Shown piece after piece: positions 12,811 to 24,800 of a stretch of DNA of 64,000 nt. A model generated the notes under the pieces. That model did not search any database. It worked only from the letters and a program-made list of their open reading frames with translations, and had not been told where the DNA came from. How positions within the stretch are numbered: the first letter of the stretch is position 1; each line of letters starts with the position of its first letter. A program made the translations under genes and the position numbers. Source of the stretch: Rhynchopus sp. YZ270_cl-10 (lineage: Eukaryota); contig OZ037836.1 of the NCBI GenBank assembly GCA_964035575.1, positions 248,001 to 312,000 on the forward strand, in the 5' to 3' direction.

Positions 12811-15800
12811 TCAGTACATATTATCGTCTTCGACAACAAGCTCCTTCTCCAGGTCGTCCATGTCCTTCATTGCTTCTGGCCCAAGCATGTTAGCTTCCAT
12901 AGAGTACACGTCATTGAACTGTGCAGCCTTGGCACGTCCCTTGGACACCCACAGCCACGCCCCGCACACACCCGCAAGCAGCACCAGTGCAGAGCCCACT
13001 ATGACAGGGATCAGCCACACCAGCGAGCTGCTGCTGCCCGAGTCCGAAGAAGACGAGTCTGCCTCCCCAGCACCGCCGTTGTTTGCAGGCACGTACGTTA
13101 CGCCGTCAGGAAGCTGTGTCTCAGGTTCGGTTGTGTTAGTGGTAAGATCGAAGGCTTGCGTAGGAATAGCAGTTGGCGCAATGGTGCTTGGCGGCACAGC
13201 AGTTGGCGAAGCAGTCGTTCCTGGCGCAAGGGTGTCAGGAATAGCAGTTGGCGAAGCAGTGGTGCCAGGTGCAAGGGTGTCAGGCACAGCAGTTGGTGAC
13301 GAAGTAGTTCCTGGCGTAAGCGTGTCAGGCACAGCAGTCGGCGAAGCAGTGGTGCCAGGTGCAAGGGTGTCAGGCACAGCAGTTGGCGAAGCAGTGGTGC
13401 CAGGTGCAAGCGTGTCAGGCACAGCAGTTGGCGACGAAGTAGTTCCTGGCGTAAGCGTGTCAGGCACAGCAGTCGGCGAAGCAGTGGTGCCAGGTGCAAG
13501 CGTGTCAGGCACAGCAGTTGGCGAAGCAGTGGTGCCAGGTGCAAGCGTGTCAGGCACAGCAGTCGGCGAAGCAGTCGTTCCTGGCGCAAGAGTGTCAGGA
13601 ATAGCAGTTGGCGAAGCAGTGGTGCCAGGTGCAAGGGTGTCAGGCATGGCAGTTGGAGAAGCAGTCGTTCCTGGCGCAAGAGTGTCAGGAATAGCAGTTG
13701 GCGAAGCAGTGGTGCCAGGTGCAAGGGTGTCAGGCATGGCAGTTGGAGAAGCAGTCGTTCCTGGCGCAAGAGTGTCAGGAATAGCAGTTGGCGAAGCAGT
13801 GGTGCCAGGTGCAAGGGTGTCAGGCATGGCAGTTGGCGAAGCAGTCGTTCCTGGCGCAAGAGTGTCAGGAATAGCAGTTGGCGAAGCAGTGGTGCCAGGT
13901 GCAAGGGTGTCAGGCATGGCAGTTGGAGAAGCAGTCGTTCCTGGCGCAAGAGTGTCAGGAATAGCAGTTGGCGAAGCAGTGGTGCCAGGTGCAAGGGTGT
14001 CAGGCATGGCAGTTGGCGACGAAGTAGTTCCTGGCGTAAGCGTGTCAGGCACAACAGTCGGCGAAGCAGTGGTGCCAGGTGCAAGCGTGTCAGGGTCGAC
14101 AGGAAGCTGTGTCTCGGGCACCTCGGTCTCTGGCTCGCAGACGAGACTTGGTGCTGTGAGGTTTGATGTCTTGCCATCTGGACAGACACAGACCCAGTCC
14201 TTGAGTGCAGTGGTGTCTGGGTCGTGGCAGGTCTGCCCTGCCTCGCTGCAGGTGTGCATGGCACACGAGGTGCAGGACGCAGTGCATTCGTTGATGCCAC
14301 AGACGGCAGGGCGCTGCAGCCCGTTCACACCCGTCTCAGGAGCCACGCAGAGGCACACCCAGGTATCGTCCTGTACCACGTCCGTGTCAATGCACGTCTG
14401 CCCCACGTCCGTGCACACAGCTGCAATTTCCGGCTTCGCACACTCCCCGTCAAAGACACACTGTGCCGGCTTCATGACAGCACTGCCCAACGATGGTGCA
14501 GGGCATCGGCACACCCAGTCGTGCTCGGTAAGTGTGTCGGGATCGTAGCACTGTGTGTGGTGTCGAATGGTTGCGTGCAATCCCGCTACAGAGAAAGAGC
14601 ATTTCCGTTGTTTCCCATCCGGCAGCACCATTTCTTTCAAAACAAACGTTTGCATGAAAGCATCTCTGCTTGCTCACAGATAAAGAGGAAAACACCTTCC
14701 GTCCCAGTGACGGAGCCTTGCCACCGTACATCCACGCCTTTTCTTAATTAATCATTCAAATGCAAACAGTTTCTCCCCATAAACCCCCTTGCTTCCCCTA
14801 AACATACCTGCTGGCCCGCACTCTGGCATACGGTCATGACGTCGTAGTCAATACATTCGTTAATCGAACACGTTGCAGCACGTCCCATTGCCACTCCAGT
14901 TGCGGGGGGGTTGCAACGGCACTGCCACGTGTTGAGGTCGCTTTGTGTGGGGTCCACGCAGACCTGCCCGGACGCAGTGCAGACACCACTGTTGCTCGCG
15001 GCGAGGCATTCATCTCGGAGGCATGTGGCCACGGCGGCAGTGGCCTTGCCTGTTGCAGGGGCGACGCACTCACAGTACCAGTCGCCTGAGACGGTGGTGT
15101 TCGGGTCCACACAGAGCTGGGCGTGCGCGGTGCAGACACCCTGCCCGCATGAAGGGCAGGTGGTGGTGCATTCGTCCAGTGTGCAGGGCCCGTCCACACC
15201 TGGGGGAGGGTCTGAGTAAGGTGCGAGGCAGAGGCAAACCCAGTCACCCTTCTTATCGGTGTCGTTGTCGACGCAGACGCGGCCAGAGGCAGCACATTGG
15301 GACGTGATGCTCGCATCTTGGCATTCATTACCGCTGGCGAATGCTGTGTGTGTTTTGTGTGTGTGAATACTGTTTTTCTTCCTTCAAAACTTCGTTCATA
15401 GCGATTTTTTTGGTTTTTGGGTGAGATGTAGATGTTACTTCAGGACAAATGTCAATGATGACTTGGGGGATTAAAAGGGTTAAGGGTTAACATACTGCAG
15501 GTGGCAGCACCAAGTGCCTTGCTCCCCTGCCCTGACACACAGGAGCATTCCCATGTGTTCGGCGTGAGGAGGTCGGAGTCCACACAGCGCTGTCCTGCTG
15601 CCGAGCATACGCTGTTTGTGCTGCATTCGTCGAGGCCTGTTGTAAGGTGTGTTGAGAACAGGGGTTAAGTTAGGGCGGGTTTCTGGGTTTTCAAAACCCG
15701 GTTTTCGGGTTTTCGGGTTTTTCAGGGTCCTCAACCTGTCTAAGTTAGGCCTTAACTTAGACAATTTTTTTTTTTTTGAAAAACGCTTTGTCTAAGTTAG

Positions 15801-18800
15801 ACAAAACCTGGGTTTTGGGTTTTTGGGTGGTTTGAAAGAGAAGAAGCTTTACTGAAAACAAAAAAAAAAAAATGAGTTCCCTCAAGACTCCCTCAGTCCT
15901 CACCTGCGCGGACCCCATTGTACCCACCCACACAAGCCACCTCCTCAGACTAACTACAATTGAACAAACTCATCCGCAAAAATGCCTGCCACTGCCAAGA
16001 CCTCCAAAGCACAGCCCACCATCGTGTCCATGTTCAAGAAGGGAGCTGTTGCGGCACCTGTGGTACGTGTGGTGGAACCCAACAAAGGGGATACGCACTA
16101 CGACCTGTGGTCTTCAGGCAAGTACAAGTCCATCCCCGATGGTCCGACACCCCGGCTCGCTTCCCTTCACCTTTTTCTTGTGGCGGAGGGGACGGTGAGG
16201 GGGTTTAAAAACCACCAGAACGACACCAACAAGGTGCTCAAACTCTGGTTGAAGGAGTTTGATCGCGCCAAACTGGCGGACGACGACAGGGAGGGGAGCA
16301 AGCGGAAGACGATCCTGACGATCGTTGCGGAGGCGCATGAGTTCGCCATGAACGAAGCAGAGAAGGGGGGAGACAGCGATGCCTCTGCCGTGTCTGTGCA
16401 GAGCCAGGTGTCGCAAGGCAAGAAGGTGAAGAAACGTGTGGTGATGATGGCTCCACAGGTGAGTGCTGTTAAGTACGTGGATTCAACGTCCGAAGAAGAG
16501 GAGGAGGAGCAATGTGTGCCAGTGAGACGCAACGCAGCATCCGAGCAACCCGAGGCAGCAATGGAAATCGATGATGTCGACGAGTACTCTTCTGACGGCG
16601 ATGTTGTCTTCTTAGGTCCCACGCACTCCAACACGAACAATCCCAACCTCACGAACACCACGACCGCACCAGCGAACACCGACTCCACCAACACGCTGAA
16701 ACGTAAGCGCGAAGCGCAGGAGAAAGGTTGTATGGGTCTGCGGGAGAGCACGGTGCAGGGCCATTTGAACCGTTTTTCCCCCTGGTTGGTGGTGGGTGAA
16801 GACAAGTTCAAGTGCTTGTATTGTGGTGCTTTCTCTCATGCAAAGACCAAGCTCGCCAGAGACCTCCCTGCGCATGCAGGCGACCCCAAACACCAACGTC
16901 TCGTGAAGGCTGCCGCTCTGCAGGCTTCCAATGGAACCGTGCTTCACACGTTGCACGCCAACAGCGACAAAGAAGTCGAGTTCAACCAAAAAATGCTGAA
17001 AATATGCATTGAGGTTATTGTTTTCCTCGCGCGCAAAGGTGTAGGGCACTCTAACTTGGAGGAGTTTCTGAGTTTTTTCGCAGACAAGCTGGAGTGCACC
17101 GACATGGAGGCATACCTCAGACAACAAATACGCTATCTCAGCTGCGGTGCAGTCTTAGAGATCATGTCCTGCATCACGGAGGTGTTGACAGAAGACCTCC
17201 TCAAGCAGGTCAAAGCCTCCCGTTTCTGGGGCCTGTCGGGGGATTGCTCACGCGACGTCAGCAAGAAGGAGCAACTCGTCTTCGTCGTGCGATACATGGT
17301 CGGTGCCACCCCCGTCGAGAAGCTCATCATGATGGGTGAGCTGAAGGACCAGACGGGGGCTGGTTACGCGTCGTTGCTGACGAAGTGGATAGACCAGCTC
17401 GGGCTCGACTACGGGAAGATGAGTGGATGCTCGTTTGATGGCGCATCGGCAATGCGTTCCTCGAACAAGGGCTGCCAACAACAAATCCGTGCAGACATAA
17501 ACCCAGGCGCCCTCTTCACCTGGTGCTACGCACACTCCCTCGCACTCTGTGGCCCAGAAGCAGCGGCAGAGGGGAAATCGCCGGAGATTACCCGGTTCTT
17601 CGACGGCCTGCGGTGGGTGTGGGTTTTTTTTTCGGGATCCAAGATTAAGCTCGACACCCTGGAGGAGATGCTGGAGGAACTTCGCGACTTGTGTGAGTAC
17701 TGTGACATCCTCATCGCAAAGCCGGGTGACACCCGGTGGCTCACCAACGGCAGGTGTTGCAGCACCGTCCGCAAGGAGTACCCCGCCGTGCACAGCGCCC
17801 TGTGCAAGCTTGGAGAGGCCGGCGACGTGGAAGCACCGTTCATCGCGCAGCACATCAAAGAGCCCGGTTTTTTTGCAACGTTGTCCTTCATGACGGTGGT
17901 CCTGGACGAGTTGAACGTGCTGTCGACGTCGCTCCAGAGCAGGAACACAAACCTGCTCACCGTTTGCAGCCACATCGACAAATGTGTTGCGTCATTGTCG
18001 TTGCTTGAAACCAACCCGAACATGTTCCCGTTCTACCCAGAATGGGTACCGAGGTATAATCAATGCCACGGTACAAAACTTTCCCGTCGGAACTTTGCGA
18101 TTCATCACGACACGGTCTGCAAGCCATACCTCAAGGAGCTGCTGAAGTGCCTCAGTGAACGATTCGTGAACATGGACATTGTGAGATGCTTCTCAGTATT
18201 CGACATCCGCAACCTCCCTGCTAACGCGGACGGGCTGGCGATCTACGGCAACACCGAGGTGAAGAAGCTCATCGAGGAATTTACTGAGCTGCATACACTC
18301 GAGTACAAAAAGTACGATGTTGTGGGCGAGAAGACGCGTGGGAGACCAGAGTACTCCAAGACGGAGCATACTGTGATATCGCGCACTCAAACAACGCCGT
18401 TACTGAGCGTGGACACGACGCCGTTCGTTGAGGAGTCGCCAGAACTGAACAGTCTGGAGACAAAGAAAGCTGTAGCTGTGAAAGAATGGAGGATCCTGGT
18501 GGACGTTTTGTCGAAGAGAACTACAACAAAGGACACTTCGGACCTGATCGCAACATTCTTGACAAGTTCCGCAGGAGACGCCTACCCCATTATGAGGGAT
18601 CTTGTTTTGCTTGGGTTGTCAATCCCCGTCACATCAGTTGAAGACGAGCGCTGCTTCAACGGCATGAAGTACGTCAAGAATAGCTACAGAAACAAACTGC
18701 TGGATTCAAGTCTGCTATGCATTCTTATGTGCAAACAGGCAGAGACAAATGAGAATAAATTTACGCCTGACCAAATCCAAAGGATTTTTGAAGCCTTTAA

Positions 18801-21800
18801 AAGAAAGAAGGTTAGAGTTTCTGTGTGATGCTTATCAGGTTGGGGGGACAATGGGGTTAGGGGTACGGGTGGGGCGAAGGGGTGGGGTGGGGTGTGATTG
18901 TTCATTTGTCGAACTCTTCTATTGAAATGAAAAGACCACTTAACGAGTTTCGAAAAAGCAACACAAAAAAAAAAAGCCCCCAATTTTTAGCTTTGTACAG
19001 GACCTTTTCGCGCGGAGCGCGAAAATTTTTTTTTAGCCTTTTTTTTTAACTTAGACAAATCTGTGGCCAGACTTTGTCTACGGTTGAGGACCCTGGGGTT
19101 TTTCAAAAAAAAAAAAAAAAAAATGGAATCTGGAGAAAAAAAAAAATCCAAATTTTTGGGTGGTGTAGGCTGGGAAGGTGGGGTAGGGGTGGGGGCGGAG
19201 CCCCCCCCACCCCACCCTCTAAGAAAAAAAATATCCTCCCGACCATGTGTGTTTGGGCAATGTGATTCCGATGCCCGATTTGAGAAATTCTCAGAATCCG
19301 AGAAAAATTTCTATGGGTTTTTTGTACAGGGGGGTTTTTTTTTTCTATGGGTTTTTTGTGTACCTACCCCCCCCCGTGTATATGTCCTGTGCATATGTCC
19401 GTGTTGGCCGAGGCTCGGACATATACACATGTTTTGGGACATATACACATCCCGGACATATGCACAGTTCAGTGTATACAGTGTACAGTGGCAAAAACCC
19501 ATTCCGAGCTTTCCGGCCGGTGCGTTGGCGGGGCATCTCCCCTCATGTTTTCGGAGAGGGTTTTTCGGGGGATGGGGTTGAAGAAGGGGGAAAATGGGTC
19601 AAATACGAGAGGGAGCGGTTGTGAACCATCCCGCCACCAGGCCTCTCCTCCTCTGTGCAGCCTTGAGAGCTTTGTAGCCACCGGCGAGTCACAAGCCGTA
19701 GGTACATACAAAGAACGCGTAATCCTGCGCTCGCGGAGGTACACCTTAAAAATAATTTTCCGCTCGCTTCGCTCTCGGAGGTACACCTTCAAAAATTTTT
19801 CCGCTCGCTGCGCTCGCGGAGGTACACCTTAAAAATTATACCGCTCGCTTCGCTCGCGGAGGTACACCTTCAAAAAATTTTCCGCTCGCTACGCTCGCGG
19901 AGGTACACCTTAAAAATTTTTTCTCCGCTCGCTTCGCTCGCGGAGGTACACCTTAAGGCAGATTTTTACCTCTCACACGGACATATACACCTGTACCTGT
20001 GTATATGTCCGGAAAATTTTCAGAAAAGTCCCGGACATATACACATCAAAATGGGTCCGGACATATACACGGGGGGGGGGGTAGGTAGGATTTTTTTTTT
20101 TCCCCTAGGGATTTTCTCATAGGCTTTTTGCATATGGTGTGACCCCACCACGTTCCGCAATCGGTCCGGAAAGTCCAAAAAAGGAGAAGAAAAAAAAAGA
20201 AAAAAAAAGAAAAAAGGAAAAAAAAAAGTCCCGTACCGTTTGCCTGCGGCGCTCAATCCAGAATATCACTGATCGATTTATGAGCCGGTTTCGTTTCGGC
20301 CACACAGTGTCACTGGGGAAGTGGGTGGTGCACCTCCGGGGGTTGTCCCACCTGTTTTTCTCTCATGCAACGACGATGCCTCAGCTGGACAAGACGAACA
20401 TGAAGGAACACAAAAACTGACGGGAAAGCGAAGAGCAGAAAACGCCGGTGATCATAGAGATGGGGATCCAAAGAAGGCAAGGATAGGGGAGAGTATAGAA
20501 GAGGATCCTGTACGAAGAATTGTCCGTTGGGAAGAGTGCATGAAGAACATGGCCGCATCCCTCGATGGCTCCATCATAAAGGTAGAGGGGGACGGAGAGT
20601 GTCAATTTTCTGCAATGGCACACGGCACAGATGACAGTGGATCCCAGTTCCGGATCAAAGTGGTGAATGAGATGTCTAAGAATGCTTACTACAGAGACAG
20701 TTATGCTCCTGAGCCGATGAGTGCGGACCCCGCAAGCTACGACGACTACTGTGCCAAGATGTCCCTAAAGAAGACATACGGCGACCACCGTACATTAGTT
20801 GCAGGCTCTGACATCCTCCAAGTCGGGATCTGGGTGTACAACGTGGTTTCGTACTTCTTCGAATACTCTGTGCGAAACGACATACCACGAAACTCCTTCC
20901 TGTTCTTCACATACCGTCCCCACCACTACGACATCTTGAACATCGCCACTAAGTTTGAAGAGCGTCTGAAGGAGCTTTGTAGGACCGAGGTGCATCGGGT
21001 TTCTTTGGAAGATCTGCAATCAAATCCGCAACACAGTCCCGCTGCGCCTGTGGCACGTGTATGAATGCTCAAGATTCAAAAGACGCACTCCTTGCCCAAA
21101 GAGACCACGTGGCGGTGACGACGCGTCCCCCGCACCGAAGCGGCATTGCTCGGAAGTGGTGGAGGAAGGGGATGAAGAGGATGAGTGGGGGTACTGCCCG
21201 ATGAACGACGGCTCTTTTTCGAGTGAGGACGAGTAAATAATGTAGTTTTGTTGTGGTGATCATTAATCAGTGGTACGTATCTCGGCTAGTCTGATGACAA
21301 GTTCCTGATCTACCTGCATTTTTTATTTTCTTGTTTTTGCACTACTGCTGTTGTCACTTTTTTTTATCAGTTATCCCTATAAGTTTGGGAAGCGTGCGCG
21401 ATAAACAGCTTGTAGGCTGCCGATGCAACCCAAAAAAAAAAGTCCCATGTAAAAAACCCATAGAAATTTTTGTGATGCCCACCCCCAAATTCTCGAAAAA
21501 AGGGTGTGATGCCCATACACACATGCTCCCGACCCAAACAAACCCCCCGTCAGAACTGGGAATTATTCATATGAAGAGGCAACAGGGATCTCTGGCGAGC
21601 TTCGGGTTCAGTACTAGTGTTGCGAGAGTGCGGATGAGGCAGGACGTGGGAACTGAGGTCGGTGAGGGGTACACCAGTCCTGTTCTTCAAATTTATGCTC
21701 CAAAATTGTTAGGACAAATCCAAAAATCCCCAGGGTCCCCCCACTTTTTGGTGGGATTTTTGAACTTTGCCCAAAAATTGCAAAAAAATTTTCCCGCTCG

Positions 21801-24800
21801 CTGCGCTCGCGGAGGGAATGGGTTATTTTTCGCAAAATCCAGAAAAACCGAAAAAAACCCAGAAAACCCGACTCAGCGAGAAAAAAAAAAAGCTAACTTA
21901 ACCCCTGGTTGAGAAGGTCCGTATAAAAAAAAGTTAAAACAACAGTTTCTTGAAAAGATAATTTGACATGAGCGTTAAATGGTCAATTAAAACTCTCGAG
22001 AAGCCCCAGAACCCCACACATACTGCACACTGCCGGCGACATGGTACGGTACCCCGACCCTGTCGTGCAATGGCATTCCCAGTCGCCTAGGGTCGAGCGG
22101 GAGGTGTCGGCGTCGGCACAGCGTTGCCCTGCTGCAGCACAGACGTCTTGGTACTGGGGCTGGGGTGCGCCTGCTGGTGGTGGCGAACGTGCCGACGCAC
22201 AGACACCTTGCTTTGCAATGAGCGAAGCGCACACAGCAGACGCCTTGTTGAATGCAGTGTCCGCGACCACACACCAATCCCCAGTAGCCCTCTTGTCAGG
22301 GTTGCAGCACGCAGTGCCGCACGGCTCCGTCAGCCCCGGACCACTTCCTTGGTTCAAGACTACATTCCACCCGCACGCACACTCACAGCCCTCCGTTGTG
22401 TACCGTTTGAAATGCTCGCACGACCGTGCACTGCTTCCTGTCACTGCAGTGCACTCATCCACTGTGCAGGTCACCACTGCAGACGCTACTGCAGAGTCGC
22501 TGGAGGGGGGAGCACAGACACACAACCAGTCGCCAAGGCTGTCTGGGGAAGTGTTAGGGTCCTCGCAGGTCTGGCCGTGAGCGGTACAAATGCCGGGAAC
22601 GCTGGGGCTGGTATGGGCACAGGAGGAGCAGACATCTGTGCATTCGTCGAGGATGCAGACTGCGGCAGTTGCGTTGCCGGGTGTGCCGTGGGAAGGTGGG
22701 TAGCAGGCACAGACGTAGCTGTTCCCGTCCACAATGCATCTTTGTTGAGCAGCGGCGCAGGTTGCGACGGCTTGGTCATCACACTGTGTGGATGATGAGC
22801 ACACAGCAGCAGACATGACGGCCTCGCCTGAGGAGGGGGTGGGGCAGACACACATCCAGTCGTTCAGAGAGTTTTGGAATACATCCCGGCAGAGTTGCCC
22901 GGCTTGGGTGCACGTGACGCCGTTCACAATACATTCATCCCGGAGACATGATGCGGGCTGTGCCTTCCCCTCACCTACCTCGGGAGAGACGCAGCGGCAG
23001 ACCCAGTCGTTTTGTGAGGTGGGCGATTGCAGTGCGTCGATGCAGATCTGTCCTTTGTCTTCGCAGACTGCTGCGTGTGTGATGCATTCGTCAAGAACGC
23101 AGGAAGCCTTCGCGAGCGGAGCGTACCCAGTCCCTACGATGCAGATGCACCGCCAATCAGAACGGCTGTCAGGGGAGGTGTCTGGGTCCATGCACATTTG
23201 TCCAGCTGGCAGGCAGGTGTTATGACCTTCGCACGTGGCGCAGTCTGCTGTGCATTCGTCGAGGATGCAGACCGCCGGGCCTTCGTACGCCTCACCCTCA
23301 TAGGGCAGGAGACAGCGGCAGCCCCACGTGCCGTTCGTCTCCATGCAGAATTGCTTCGCCCCGCATGCACTGCCGTACTGCGTGCACAGGGGTGTGTCGT
23401 CGCAGTCCGCCGGACCCATGACAGCAGACCCCACCCCGCTCGGGCATTCGCATACCCAGTCTCCTAGGGCCGACGCAGAGACGTTGGTGTCCCTGCACAC
23501 CTGCTGCGCTGCCTCGCATGTGGTGCTGGCGTACGCGGCGCACTCATCGTAAGTACAGTTGTCCGCACGCTGTGCACCATTTGACTGTGAAACATACGGG
23601 GCGACGCAAAGGCATTCCCAGTCCCCTTCCACAGTCTCGTCTGGGTCGTTGCAGACTTGGACAGGGTCGCCGCTACTGTTTTTGTGGCTGCTGCACACCT
23701 CGTTGATGCTCACGTTGTCGCACTCATTGGATTTCGGTTTCGCGCACACTGCTGCACCACCGACTTTCGTTCCAAGCGACTCAGGATTGCACCGGCAGAT
23801 CCAGTCACCCGTAGATAGAGGTGACACGTTGGGGTCTGTGCACGATTGAGAGGGTTGGGCAACAACGCAGATGTGTGGTTGGGAGAGAGTGGTCCGCGTG
23901 CAGGTCGGGCATATGGCACTACATTCGTCGAGGATGCAGTTAGACAGTGAACGAACCCCGTACGAGGCGAACGCCATGAGTTCGAACGGGGCGACACAGT
24001 GGCATTCCCAGTCAGGGCTGTTTGGGTCGGTGTCCACGCAGACCTGTCCGTAAGTCTCGCAGACTAAACGGTTGTCTGCATCGGTGCAGGCGTCGGGGTA
24101 GGAGCACACAGCGGCGGCCACGACAGCGCTGCCCGTGGCAGGCGCAGGGCAGAGACATTCCCAGTCGTGGAGCGACGTCGGGCGCAGGTCTTTGTCGACA
24201 CAAAGCTGTCCAGCTTTCGAGCAGGTGGGTTCGTTGATGATGCATTCGTCGTACTGGCATAAGGCGACGGCAGCGATTTGGCTGCCTGTGCTGGGGGCGA
24301 TGCAGCTGCACTGCCAGTTGCCGAGAGAGTCCTCAGCAGTGTCGAGGTCAGCGCAGACCTGGTCAGCAGAGAGACACACCTTGCCGTTGGTCTCGCATTC
24401 GTTGATGGTGCACAACGCGGTGCTGGCGATACTGGAGGACGACGACGACGTGCATTTGCAGGACCAGTCCTGCGTAGAGGTGGTGCTCATGCTGCCCTCA
24501 ATGCACGTCTGGTTGGCGGAGGAACACACGTTGCCTGCACCACGGTTGGCGCAGGTGCTGCAGGTCGCAGTGCATTCGTCGAGAATGCATGCCGCAGTGC
24601 GGCCGATCTGCGGCGTGCCGGTGTATGGCGTGATGCACTCGCAGGACGCTTCGTCTGCTCTGTTCGGTGTGTCGACACAGCGCTGCCCCGCTGAGGTGCA
24701 GGTGGACCCATAACGTTCACACCACGTCTGTGTGGTGTCTTCGCACTTCGCAGGCGCCATGACGGCGTAGTCCACAGGGTTGGTGCATACGCACGTCCAG

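Larger units (their letters stand above)
19244..21525 (+). mobile_element. TIR element with 8-bp TSD carrying an OTU-like ORF
   Basis: TIR catgtgtgtttgggca / tgcccatacacacatg; subterminal aaaatttctatgggtttttt / aaaaaacccatagaaatttt; TSD ctcccgac (19236-19243, 21526-21533). Confidence 0.88.
15659..21907. mobile_element. Outer non-autonomous hAT-like element (about 0.58 kb of its own sequence) hosting nested elements
   Basis: TIR caggggttaagttag / ctaacttaacccctg; 8-bp TSD gttgagaa (15651-15658, 21908-21915). Confidence 0.92.

Noticed and set aside
12743..14548. 601-aa plus-strand ORF and other long ORFs overlapping the Cys-rich genes
   Set aside because: Antisense or alternative-frame read-through of GC-rich tandem repeats; the minus frame has a coherent signal/TM architecture.
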